This document shows positions 11,571 through 21,628 of a DNA stretch of 45,424 bases, in pieces. How positions within the stretch are numbered: position 1 is the first letter of the stretch; each line of letters starts with the position of its first letter. Both the position numbers and the translations under genes were made by a program. The DNA is from Rhodospirillales bacterium. Its GTDB lineage: Bacteria > Pseudomonadota > Alphaproteobacteria > Bin95. The stretch covers positions 1 through 45,424 of the forward strand of contig JAYQLI010000013.1 in NCBI GenBank assembly GCA_038143065.1. Reading direction: 5' to 3'. A model generated the notes under the pieces. The model saw nothing but the letters and a program-made list of their open reading frames with translations. It ran no database searches and had not been told where the DNA came from.

Positions 11571-12915
11571 CTAATTTCCAAATACTGCTTCGGGGATCCA
11601 AAGCACCAATCCCGGCCAAATAATCATTAAGGCAAGGCCGAAAAGCTGCAGGCCAACAAAGGGAATGATACCCCTGTAAATGACTCGAATTGTGACTTCA
11701 GGTGGCGCGACGCCTTTCAGATAGAAAAGCGAATACCCGAAGGGGAGGGGTTAGAAAACTTGTTTGCAAATTGACGGCTACGAGCATGGCAAACCATAAA
11801 AGTTGCTGTTCGCGTGAAAGCCCTAAGCCAAAATCGAGACCCGCGACGATCGGGGCGAAAAGAGGCAAAACGATAAAGCTGATCTCTACCCATTCCAAAA
11901 AGAAACCCATGATGAATATGAGCAGAAGCAATAGTCCCAAAGTCCCATAAGCGCCCAGATCAAAATGCAGGATCGCATTTTCAATCATATGATCACCTTT
12001 CAATCCTTTGAATACCATTCCGAAGATGGTGGCGCCGACAAGAACCCCCAGGATCATTGCAGAAGTATTTCCGGTTTCTCTTACACAAGAAGAAAGCGTC
12101 TTAAATGAGAGTCGTTTATTAAAGGCTGCAAGGATCATTGCGCATATCGCGCCCAATCCTGCTGCTTCGGTTGGGGTTGCTGTGCCAGTCGCTATGGATC
12201 CCAACACTGTAAGAATAAGTGCCAGTGGGGCCACTAGATCACGTAAAAGCGCAAGCGCCAATGATCCACCCTCAGGAGTTTTTGTGGTCGCAGGCGCGTC
12301 ATTCGGCTTGGTAAGCGCGATGTAGATTATATAGGCGATGTAAAGTCCACCAAGCACCAAACCCGGTGCAATCGCGCCGAGAAAAAGCTCTCCGACTGAG
12401 ATCTGAAGGATATCACCCACCAAAACCAGCATAATTGAAGGTGGGATTAAAATACCAAGCGTGCCGGAAGCCGCAATGGTCCCAACCGCCAATTCGGGTT
12501 TGTATTTTTCTCGCAACATTATGGGTAATGCCAAAGTGCTGAGCATAACCACTGAGGCACCTACAATGCCGGTACTAGCCGCCATAATAATACCAAGCAG
12601 CGCAACAGAAACCGCAAGGCCACCGCGTTTTCGCCCCAAAGCACGTTCCAATGAGTAAAGAAGGTTTTGAGCCAATCCAGACTTATCGAGCATTGAGCCC
12701 ATGAAGACGAACAACGGAACCGCGAGCAGTAACCAGTTTTCGATAACCCCTGCATAAATTCGAGAAACGCTGATCTTTAAAAACGTAAAGGGTAATCCGC
12801 CAATGAACGCGAAAATAATGCCAATTCCACCTAAGACAAAGGTCACCGGATAACCGCTGAATAAACTAAGTAGCAAGCAAACGACCATAGATAAGGGAAC
12901 GATATGCTCAACCAT
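11571..12915 (-). CDS. TRAP transporter large permease DctM (frameshift near 11740)
   Basis: LLAVPLFVFMG, AASTGIVGAS, SGTLGILIPPSI, TPTEAA, NLQTSFLTPP; alternative frame continues GYSLFYLKGVAPPEV to stop at 11571. Confidence 0.88.
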
Positions 12916-13502
12916 CAGAAGACCCACCTTTAGATCTGAAAAGCGAATGCAAAGTTTGAATGGTCAGGCCAAGGCCCGCCAAAAACAACAATAAAAACCC
13001 AATTGGGATAAAAGATTTGAGAAGAAACCGATTATAAAGCCCGTCATAATTTGAGCCTTCATTCATAGTCCAAGATCGTATCGTGAAATCATAACCATGA
13101 AAGACAACGATCGCAGATAGAGGCAGCAAAAAAAACAATATGACCAAACAGATCAACGATTTTTTTTTGCCTCTCACTCATATTCTGCCGCAAAAAGTCA
13201 ACACGCACGTGATTGTCACTGACAAGTGTTCCAGCCATCGACAACATCAACATGGTACCAAAGAGATGCCATTGCAGATCACCCAAGCTAGAAAGTGTCA
13301 GTTTCGACCCAAAGAGAAAGATATCATGCTCCCAGCGAAAAATTATGCCAACTTTAGCAGCAGAAAGCACGACACCTGCCAGAATGAGACAAAATATCGG
13401 AATCAAAAGCCAAGCTGCAGCCCGGCCCATCCATACGATCCCAAGAAGGACCGTATGGACAAAGCCGTCGCCACGAATTGAACTGCTTTTTGGAGCATCC
13501 AT
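12908..13502 (-). CDS. TRAP transporter small permease DctQ (frameshift in poly-A/T)
   Basis: LQWHLFG, HVRVD, hydrophobic segments across ORFs 13089..13502 and 12908..13177. Confidence 0.85.
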
Positions 13503-13528
13503 ATCGATAAGTGCGCTTACACTACTGG

Positions 13529-14560
13529 TTAAGGTAATGTCTGCAGCGTTGTCCAGCGACCCGAAGAGGCAACAAAGGCCTTCATTGATTTATACGCCTC
13601 GCCATAAAGCGGATCTTTTTCCGCTTCACCGTTCAAGACCCGCTCAGTGGCCACGCGCAACTTTGCCAATACCTCAAGGGGGAAGGTTTTTACGATTGTA
13701 CCTTCGCTCTCGAATACTTCAATTTGGGGTGTTTGCGCGGCTGGAGCATATTGCAAGGTCCATCCCAGACTGACTTGGCAAGCAGCCTCATACATCGTGC
13801 GTTCTGCAGAGCTCATGCCATTCCAGACATCCATATTGATCATTAAGACATCGGCGCTGCCTGGCTGATGCCAACCTGGATAATATTGAAATTTAGTAAT
13901 CTTATTAAATCCAAAATCTTTATCGATGATTGGCAATGAGAATTCAGTTGCGTCAATACGACCACGCTCAAGAGCAAGGTATATTTCACTTGCCGGCATA
14001 TATTGGGCTGAGGCGCCAAATTCGTTTAGAACCTTTGCTCCCACACCGGCCATGCGCATCTTTAGACCGTTAAAATCTTCGATTGAAGTAATTTCTTTGT
14101 TAAACCAACCGCCCGGTTCTGGTGCAGTAATGTGACAAGCCAAAACTTTAATGTTTAACGGATCAAAACCGCGCTGAACGATTTCAAGACCTCCACCTAC
14201 ATGCAGCCAAGCGGCTAAGGCTTCTGGACCCGCACCAAAGGGCGTTGCACCGATTTGTGAAACAGGCACCTGACCACCCCATTGACCCAAGAAACTCCAG
14301 CCTGCTGGAACAGCGCCAGAACTTACACTTTCGAGGATCTCGCCTGCAGGAATTAATTCACCGGAACCAAAGAGGTTTAAACCGACATCACCGCCGCTCA
14401 TATCTCTGAGGCTTTTATCCATCAATTTCGCACTGTCCGCGAGAAAGGTTAGGTCTTTGGGGATGCTCATGTGAACATCGAGTAAATCCGCAGAAGCGGT
14501 AGAGGCGCCTAAAGCCACTGAGCTGGCTAAAATAGCCGCCGAAAACTTAGAAAAATTCAT
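13529..14560 (-). CDS. TRAP substrate-binding protein DctP (TakP-like, carboxylate)
   Basis: Signal peptide; GGWFNKEI, GLKMR, EIYLALERGRIDATEFSLP, YYPGWHQP. Confidence 0.88.
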   Translation of the reverse strand: MNFSKFSAAILASSVALGASTASADLLDVHMSIPKDLTFLADSAKLMDKSLRDMSGGDVGLNLFGSGELIPAGEILESVSSGAVPAGWSFLGQWGGQVPVSQIGATPFGAGPEALAAWLHVGGGLEIVQRGFDPLNIKVLACHITAPEPGGWFNKEITSIEDFNGLKMRMAGVGAKVLNEFGASAQYMPASEIYLALERGRIDATEFSLPIIDKDFGFNKITKFQYYPGWHQPGSADVLMINMDVWNGMSSAERTMYEAACQVSLGWTLQYAPAAQTPQIEVFESEGTIVKTFPLEVLAKLRVATERVLNGEAEKDPLYGEAYKSMKAFVASSGRWTTLQTLP

Positions 14561-14635
14561 GTTTATACTCCCATCTATTTGACCGTCCCGAATTTGCATA
14601 AAGGATTTATCGTCGGCCGATCAGTATCTGATAAA

Positions 14636-14655
14636 TGATTTTTGATCAAAAATCA
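14636..14655. promoter_or_regulatory. Putative GntR operator, perfect 20-bp palindrome
   Basis: TGATTTTTGA/TCAAAAATCA about 75 bp upstream of the dctP start and next to the GntR gene. Confidence 0.65.
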
Positions 14656-14740
14656 AATTAGAAGATTTATCTAAGGCGGAGATCAAAACATTATTCTGAA
14701 ATACCGGGTAAAACCGCGAAAAGATTTAGAGATTTTGTTT

Positions 14741-15415
14741 TTAACTGTCCGCTTCTGCCCTAAAAAGCCTTTGAACCAGCATATCATAAGCATCAGAAAC
14801 GTCCTGCCCTAAGGCAAGTGAGGCGCCATCAGCATCCCCTTTCCGAATCATCTCTACAATCTTGCCGTGATGCTCGTTGGAGACTTTGAATTGCTGTTCG
14901 CGCTCGAGATAATAAAGATGCGGGCTCACTCTAAGCCAAAGTGTGTTGATGATTTCGGTTAATGTCGTCGACTGCGATTGCTGATAAATTCTGAAGTGAA
15001 ACTCATAATTCACTTTAACATATTTATGCACTTCACCGCTCATCGCTGTCTGTTCTAGCTTTGCCAGTAGGCCTTCTAAATCGGTTAAAAAATGGGCATC
15101 TCTTTTCTTTACGGCCCATCGAGTGGCAAGCGTTTCCACTTCAAGGCGAACATCACGCAAATCTTCTAGTTCTTCCAAACTTAGCTCTGGAACTCCAACA
15201 GATCGCCCCGAAACATTTGAAAGTACACCGACAGCCAGTAATCGCGTTAATGCCTCTCTCACGGGCATGGCGCTTACTTCAAAGGCTTCAGCGATCTGTG
15301 CAACACGAACAGCTTTTCCTGGCGTAAACTCGCCTTCTCGCAGAAACGTGCACAGCCGATCATAAACCTGATCATGTAGCTTATCTTTATGAATTGGTTT
15401 TTGATTTTTAAACAT
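14741..15415 (-). CDS. GntR-family (FCD domain) transcriptional regulator
   Basis: HTH VSAMPVREAL; FCD NYEFHF and EHHGKI. Confidence 0.9.
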   Translation of the reverse strand: MFKNQKPIHKDKLHDQVYDRLCTFLREGEFTPGKAVRVAQIAEAFEVSAMPVREALTRLLAVGVLSNVSGRSVGVPELSLEELEDLRDVRLEVETLATRWAVKKRDAHFLTDLEGLLAKLEQTAMSGEVHKYVKVNYEFHFRIYQQSQSTTLTEIINTLWLRVSPHLYYLEREQQFKVSNEHHGKIVEMIRKGDADGASLALGQDVSDAYDMLVQRLFRAEADS

Positions 15416-15638
15416 AGTCAGTTTCTTTGCACAATTTGAAACCGAAGATCCAGAACTTCTGTTCGCTCTGTTTCAAAAATGGTGCTGTCAGATAAATCAG
15501 CTCAAGCATCACCAGCCTGAAGAGCATGCATTCTACGGGGCTATAAGAGAGCGTCACTCTGTAAGAGCCACGTCACCGTTTAGCTTGAAGTTGGTCCACC
15601 TTTCCCAACCCTCTTTGCAAAAAAATAGAAAAGCATGC

Positions 15639-15671
15639 CCAGCCCCCGCTCTGGGAGGCTGGCTTTTTTTT
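15639..15671. terminator. Probable terminator at the edge of the integrase element
   Basis: CCAGCC..GGCTGG hairpin with a T tract on one side and A-rich tract on the other. Confidence 0.5.
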
Positions 15672-15682
15672 CTTGGGGCACC

Positions 15683-15883
15683 CTACCCCAACCGTTTCCT
15701 CTGGACATAGACCCTGAGCCAAGCCCAGTAGTGGGCCTGACTGCGGAAGCCCTGGGCTTGGGCTGCAAGGTCCTTGGCCTGGCTGGTTGGAATGCCGCCC
15801 TCATGGATGTGGATGGCCACTCGTTCTTGAAGGCCTCGATGTCAGGGATGAGGGCTAGGTCTGCTATGAGTGGTTCAGCTCAT
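15683..15883 (-). CDS. Small mobile-element protein with EERxAI..EGG motif (needs indel correction)
   Basis: Joining frames gives MAEPLIADLALIPDIEAF-EERVAIHIHEGGIPTSQAKDLAAQAQGFRSQAHYWAWLRVYVQRKRLG*; reconstruction is mine. Confidence 0.45.
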
Positions 15884-17142
15884 GAGTTGGCCTCTCACTT
15901 TGCGAGGTGGCAAGCCTGACCCCATCCACGATCTCTCTCTTTTGCGCATCAGATATCCCCGCTGAGTAAAGCCCGTAGGTCAGCTTGTTGGCTGAGCGTG
16001 CTGAGTGATGTCCCACGAGGGAGGCGGTGAAGTGCTCAGGGGTGCCTGTACGCTCGCACTGGGTGATGAACCACTTGCGGGTGGAGTGGAATACGCTGCC
16101 TTGGAGGTCAGGGAAGAGCCTCCTAAGCTTGGCATAGCGCTTAACCACAGCATCAACGGTGAGATAAGGAAATAGGCTTCCTTGTTTTGGCAGGGATGTA
16201 TCTAACAGCTGCTCTAGGGTTTGATGAAGCGGTACTTCCCGTTCAGCTGCTTTTGACTTGAGTTGCCGAATAGCGTTGGGCTTTATTTGGATAAACCGCC
16301 CAAGGTTGCCCTTTGGGTGATATCCTCTGCCATAAGCCCGCAGATCTCCCTGAGCGCATGCCTGTGAGCAGACCAAAGAGAAGGGCGCTGTTAAGCCCCC
16401 TATCCTTTGCTTTGAGTAGGATTGAGACTTGCGCATCTGTTAGAACGCCATGAGGGGAGACCTCTGGCTTTGCTCTTATGCTGAGAGCTGACCAAGGGTT
16501 GCTGTCTAGCTCTCCTTCTCTCACGCACCAGTCAAGGAAGCGCTGCATTTGCTTGAAGATACGGCCCTGCGTTTGTGGCGTGAGGGATATGGCCTCATAG
16601 GTTTGTGAGAGCTCTGCCAGCTTTGTAAGGCTGGCCTCCTTAGCTTCAGCGTATTTCCTAACATTGGGAGAGAGCTTGGATATTAGCTTTAAGATATCTC
16701 TTCCTGTATCAGTGCTAAGCTCTCCTATCTTTTGCTTCTTGCCCACATGAGAACTTAGAAGCTCCAGCGCATAGCGAATGGACTTTGTGGTGCCGGGTCT
16801 AAGCGTTTGAGATAGCTCTTTTAGATATCTCTTGGCTAACCCATGAACAGGCTGCTCACCCAAAAGTCTTGCGCGCTGATATCGAGGACGCGCCACAGCA
16901 AGCTTAGCAGTTTCAGGGTTGGGTTCATCTGTTGCAGCATCAGCATGGGCCTGTGCCTCCTTTACTAGGTTCGTGAATGTTTGATTGAGCTCAGCTACTC
17001 TGGCTTTTGCCTGTTTGGCATCTGCTGTTCTCAGGGATTGCTTAAGGCTTGAGCCAAGGATGGGTTGCAGAGCCTTGGGATAGGTTCTGCGATAGACCCA
17101 GGTGTTATGCCGTTTGTAGGCGTATTTTATGTCTGCAGACAT
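15864..17142 (-). CDS. Tyrosine recombinase/integrase with N-terminal DUF6538-like domain (frameshifted)
   Basis: N-terminus YAYKRHNTWVYRRTYP..SLRT; catalytic TGMR, LKSK..R.VP, FHSTRKWF (HxxR), LVGH, GLYS. Confidence 0.85.
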
Positions 17143-17248
17143 ACTGTCTCCTTACTGGGGCAATTGCCCCGGTTTTGATGTTGAGTTGGGATTTTGTGAG
17201 TAAGAACAACGAAGGGCTGGGTTTAAGCCCTTCCCTGAAGCAATAAGC

Positions 17249-17455
17249 TTATCTCTGTGCTGTTGTTCCTTGAGAGATGAGTTTCACAATCATCTCTTTG
17301 TCTGGCTCTCCGTATTCCCCAGCAAAGGGACCGGAGAGAGCCATACCTGTGACGAACTCCTCATAGATTTCTTCTATGCGGAATTCATGCTCTGGGATGT
17401 CATCAAACCCTGCTATCAGCACGATGCATCCTGGTTTTATATCCAGCTGCTTCAT
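17249..17455 (-). CDS. Hypothetical protein (68 aa, acidic)
   Basis: ORF with protein-like composition, starts 1 bp after upstream ORF stop. Confidence 0.6.
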   Translation of the reverse strand: MKQLDIKPGCIVLIAGFDDIPEHEFRIEEIYEEFVTGMALSGPFAGEYGEPDKEMIVKLISQGTTAQR

Positions 17456-17456
17456 A

Positions 17457-17687
17457 TCAGCCTCTTCTCAGCAGAAGGTCTGGAAGCAGCAGGCCAATGG
17501 TCAGGCCCAGAGGTACTGGAAAGGGAATGGGTTTAATGAACTCAGGCAGTCCTGCCAGCACCAAAAGGGCAGCGGCTAAGGCTTGGGGGACGCCAATAGA
17601 CACGCCCCAGCGCTGCTTTAACAGCCAGGCCAGGGCAAGCCGAAGGATACCGCCCGCAGCAGCGAGCAGCATGAATAGGGTAAGCAT
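17457..17687 (-). CDS. Small membrane protein (76 aa)
   Basis: Three hydrophobic stretches; AAGGAGA RBS upstream. Confidence 0.6.
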   Translation of the reverse strand: MLTLFMLLAAAGGILRLALAWLLKQRWGVSIGVPQALAAALLVLAGLPEFIKPIPFPVPLGLTIGLLLPDLLLRRG

Positions 17688-17750
17688 GATGGTAATCTCC
17701 TTTTCTTGTTACCATCATAGATGCTCAAGGTTTCTCAGTTTTAGGGGAAA

Positions 17751-17886
17751 GCGATACAGTGCCTTCTAAAAAATACACTGTTTGATACAGTTCAAGCCGA
17801 GCACTGTATCGCGCTATACTACTGATACTAAACAATTATCACCCCCGTGATACAGTGATACGGCGATACAGTGAACTTTTAGTATC
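17751..17886. repeat. Cluster of GATAC(AGT) direct and inverted repeats
   Basis: GATACAGT at 17753, 17784, 17849, 17865; inverted at 17803; GATAC at 17824, 17857; GTATC at 17882. Confidence 0.75.
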
Positions 17887-18648
17887 TGCTTGGTTTAAGG
17901 GGGTGCATCATGACAAGAGGCACCCGTAGTGAATACGTAAAGCACCCGCATAATATTCACGTATACTGCACTATCAGGCCTTACGGGTGCCTGTGTGGGT
18001 GTTTTACACGCTAAAACACGCTCCATTGTACTTCTCAGGGTGGATTTAATCACCCGAGGGTGGGTAATGATCACACTCAAACCACAGCTATACCGGGCTC
18101 GGGTGAAAAGGTGGATTTAGCTTCAGGCACTTCTATTTAAGGTTTCAATTTTACTAAATACACGGCGAGACAGCACGAACTCTTTTTAATCATGAGCGTC
18201 ATACCCGACGCAAAGCTTAAAAAACCTCTACCGAAGAAAGGGGGAGGCTATTTTGGGTAATACATCAAGATTTACAGGGCACTTGGCGCACTATACGCAA
18301 AGCGAACATTTAATCGGATTGCGGCGAATGGCAGGTTTAAACTCAATGCGGTAAATTCCACGGAGATACTAAACAGAATTAAGCAGTATCACGTTGCTGT
18401 TTGAAAAAACCAAGTGACTGGATTGAACTACCGAGCATTTTTAAAAGCTTTAGATGAAGCAACGCGCTGGATAGGCGCTTTAGAATCACTCTTGCACGGT
18501 CAAAACGTGTTCCTCCGCATACAAAATATAATTTTGGTAATGATAATCCAATGATCCGTGATCATTCAAAATTTAATATTGTTTTAAAACAATAAATTTC
18601 TAGAACAGAAAATTTCTTGCGCGTTTGTCAATTTTTCAGTAAAAGAAG

Positions 18649-18662
18649 TGGAAACGTTTCCA
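18649..18662. promoter_or_regulatory. LacI-family operator
   Basis: Perfect palindrome TGGAAACGTTTCCA with central CG, just before the RBS of the LacI gene. Confidence 0.8.
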
Positions 18663-18676
18663 TTGGGAGGTGGAAA

Positions 18677-19786
18677 TTGGGCCAAGCCGCCACAATCAAG
18701 GATGTCGCGCAGCGCGCAGGTTGTGGAGTTGCCACTGTCAGCAGGGTGTTAAATTCTACGGGTCCTGCCAGTGAAAAAATGCGCAAAAAAGTTTTTGCAG
18801 CCGTAAAAGAGCTTGATTTTCACTTTAGTGAAGTTGGCCGATCCTTACAAAGCAGCACAACGCGGACGATTGGATGCGTGGTCCCCTCAATCGAAAATCC
18901 CGTTTATGCGGATGCAGTACAAGGCGCCCAAGAGGTGTTCCTTGATGCAGGTTATCAGATGCTGCTTGTCTGTACGAATTACAACGCGGAAATGGAAACC
19001 CATGCTATTCGTACATTGATTGCGAAACAAGTTGATGGAATTATTTTAACCGTGGGCGACGTCCATAACAGTGAAGGCTTGAATTTAATACGATCTCGGC
19101 AGATCCCTTACAGTTTGATGTACAACACCGCTCCAGAGGGTCAAATCAGCTGGGCGGTTGATGATCACGCAGCAGCTGCGAAAGTTGCGGATGTGTTTTA
19201 TGAAAATAATCATATCCACACGGGTTTTTTAGGGTTGAATTTCTTTAACTCAGATCGCTCACGGCAACGTTTTGAAGGATTTTCCGAACGTTGTGCTTAC
19301 AGGCAAATGGCATTGCCCGCCTTGCTTGAAGTGCAAGAGGATGGGAATGATTTCACACCCCATCTAAGCACATTTTTAAAGCAGCACCCAAAAATCACAG
19401 GGATCTTTGCGTCCAACGACTATGGAGCGCTTGCCGCTATTCGCAGTGCGCATCAGCTATCGATAGACGTACCGCACGACCTGTCGATCATAGGCTTTGA
19501 TGGCATCAAGGTTGGGCAGATGATTGAACCCACGCTTGCCACGATTGCCACCGCCCCGCGTGCCTTAGGAGCGGGTGCAAGTCAGACCATTCTGTCCATG
19601 ATTGATGGAACCAAACCGCCAGATTTACCCCGTAAAGACCAAACATTTAGTTTCCGTGCAGGAGGCAGCCTTATGCCTTTGAGCGCTGAAAGCAAAGACG
19701 ACGGAAAAGTTACAGCTTTCCCGCCGTCTAATGACCCGACCCATAAGAAAGCAAAATCCAAGAGGAGAGATCACAATGAAATATAA
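18677..19786 (+). CDS. LacI-family transcriptional regulator
   Basis: ATIKDVAQRAGCGVATVSRVLN HTH; SIIGFDG; TTG start after GGAGG. Confidence 0.9.
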   Translation: MGQAATIKDVAQRAGCGVATVSRVLNSTGPASEKMRKKVFAAVKELDFHFSEVGRSLQSSTTRTIGCVVPSIENPVYADAVQGAQEVFLDAGYQMLLVCTNYNAEMETHAIRTLIAKQVDGIILTVGDVHNSEGLNLIRSRQIPYSLMYNTAPEGQISWAVDDHAAAAKVADVFYENNHIHTGFLGLNFFNSDRSRQRFEGFSERCAYRQMALPALLEVQEDGNDFTPHLSTFLKQHPKITGIFASNDYGALAAIRSAHQLSIDVPHDLSIIGFDGIKVGQMIEPTLATIATAPRALGAGASQTILSMIDGTKPPDLPRKDQTFSFRAGGSLMPLSAESKDDGKVTAFPPSNDPTHKKAKSKRRDHNEI

Positions 19787-20770
19787 ACTTGCAACAGCCC
19801 TAGTGGCAATGGCATTCGCCGCGCCCGCATTGGCAGAAGATGCTGTATGCTACAATTGCCCCCCCAATGGGCGGATTGGGCATCGATGCTGGAAGCGATC
19901 GATAAAGAAATCGATATTCAAATGCCCCATGATAACAAAAACTCTGGCCAGACGTTAAGCCAGCTGTTAGCCGAGAGAAACAACCCTGTCGCCGATGTCG
20001 CTTACTATGGTGTGACGACGGGTATCAAAGCCGGCAATGAGGGCGTGGCCACGGCCTATAAGCCAGCAAAATTTGATGAAATTCCTGATGGTTTGAAAGA
20101 TCCTGACGGTAAGTGGTTCGCAATCCATTACGGCTCGCTCGGATTTTTCGTCAATGTCGACGCCCTGGGTGGTGCAGAAGTTCCCCAGTGTTTTGCCGAT
20201 CTAAAGAAGCCTGAATATCGCGGTATGGTAGGCTACTTAGACCCGTCATCAGCCTTTGTCGGTTATGCGGGCGCGGTTGCGGTAAATATGGCGTTTGGCG
20301 GTGATTTGGGCAATTTTGACCCAGCAATTTCATACTTCAAAGACTTAGCTAAAAACGCGCCAATCGTACCAAAACAAACCTCTTATGCGCGCGTTGTTTC
20401 TGGCGAAATTCCAATTCTTTTTGATTATGATTTCAACGCGTATCGCGGCAAATATGAAGAAGATGGCAACTTTGAGTTTGTGATGCCATGCGAAGGTTCT
20501 GTGCGCGTTCCTTATGTGATGAGTTTGGTCAATAATGGCCCCAATCCCGAGCTTGGGAAACGCGTATTAGACTTTATCATGTCTGATAAAGGTCAGGCAA
20601 TTTGGACCAACGCATATCTGCAACCATCGCGCCCTGTTGAACTGCCCGCGGATGTTGCGGCGAAATTTCTGCCGGCAAGCGATTATGAGCGCGCAGTTGC
20701 GGTAGATTATGCCGCGATGGAAAAAGCACAAGCCGGTTTTGGCGAACGCTATCTGTCTGAAGTTAAGTAA
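19776..20770 (+). CDS. ABC transporter substrate-binding protein, Fe/thiamine/2-AEP-like cluster (frameshift in C run near 19860)
   Basis: Signal peptide MKYKLATAL..ALA then CYNCPPQWADW, NKNSGQ, PVADVAYYG. Confidence 0.85.
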
Positions 20771-20823
20771 TAAATCCCTTAACTTAGAGGGGTCGCGTCC
20801 GCGCGCGGCCCCGAGGATAAAGA

Positions 20824-21627
20824 ATGAACAATCGAACATTTGTAATGGCGTGTCTCACACCGCTTTTGGTTTTTTCCCTCGCGTTTCTTGCTCTTCCCCT
20901 CATCCGGTTATTTTTGGCATCGGGTGAAGGAGATGCGGGGTGGGCCGTTTACCTCGATATTCTGCGTAAGCCACGCTATTTAAACACCCTCATCCTGACG
21001 GTTCTTGTCTCACTGGCGACAACCTTTGCCGCACTTGCTGTATCGACAACTGCCGGAATGTTTCTTGTGCGCAATCGATTTCGCGGACGCGGCAGCTTAC
21101 TCGCCGTTTTAACGCTGCCGCTGGCCTTCCCAGGCGTGGTGATAGGATTTCTGATCATCCTCTTGGGCGGTCGCCAAGGTTTGATGAACCAAATCACGCC
21201 AGGTCATGTGGTGTTCGCTTACTCCGCGCTTGGATTGTTTTTAGGATATCTTTACTTTTCCATCCCACGCGTTTTGTTGACCGTGATGGCTGCGGCGGAA
21301 AAGCTTGACCCGGCTTTAGAAGAAGCCGCGCGCACGATGGGCGCAACCCCCTACAGCGTGATGAAGGATGTCATCATCCCAGGTCTTATGCCATCATTGA
21401 TCGCCTCGGGCGCGATTGCATTTGCCACGGCAATGGGTGCTTTCGGCACGGCTTTTACGCTTGCGACCAATATCGACGTTATCCCAATGGTTATTTACAC
21501 CGAATTCACGTTGTCTGCGAATATTGCCATGGCCTCTGCTTTGTCCATCGTTCTAGGCATTATCACTTGGATTTTACTTCTGATCGCACGGTCTTTGACT
21601 GGCTCAACCGTAGCCGGAGGGGGTTAA
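20824..21627 (+). CDS. ABC transporter permease
   Basis: EAA loop LEEAARTMGA; multiple TM segments. Confidence 0.9.
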   Translation: MNNRTFVMACLTPLLVFSLAFLALPLIRLFLASGEGDAGWAVYLDILRKPRYLNTLILTVLVSLATTFAALAVSTTAGMFLVRNRFRGRGSLLAVLTLPLAFPGVVIGFLIILLGGRQGLMNQITPGHVVFAYSALGLFLGYLYFSIPRVLLTVMAAAEKLDPALEEAARTMGATPYSVMKDVIIPGLMPSLIASGAIAFATAMGAFGTAFTLATNIDVIPMVIYTEFTLSANIAMASALSIVLGIITWILLLIARSLTGSTVAGGG

Positions 21628-21628
21628 A

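Noticed and set aside
19696-19729. Hairpin in the LacI 3' end (and another at 20789-20812) as a riboswitch or ncRNA
   Set aside because: Simple stem-loops flanking the binding-protein gene are common mRNA-stability elements in ABC operons; no riboswitch consensus seen.
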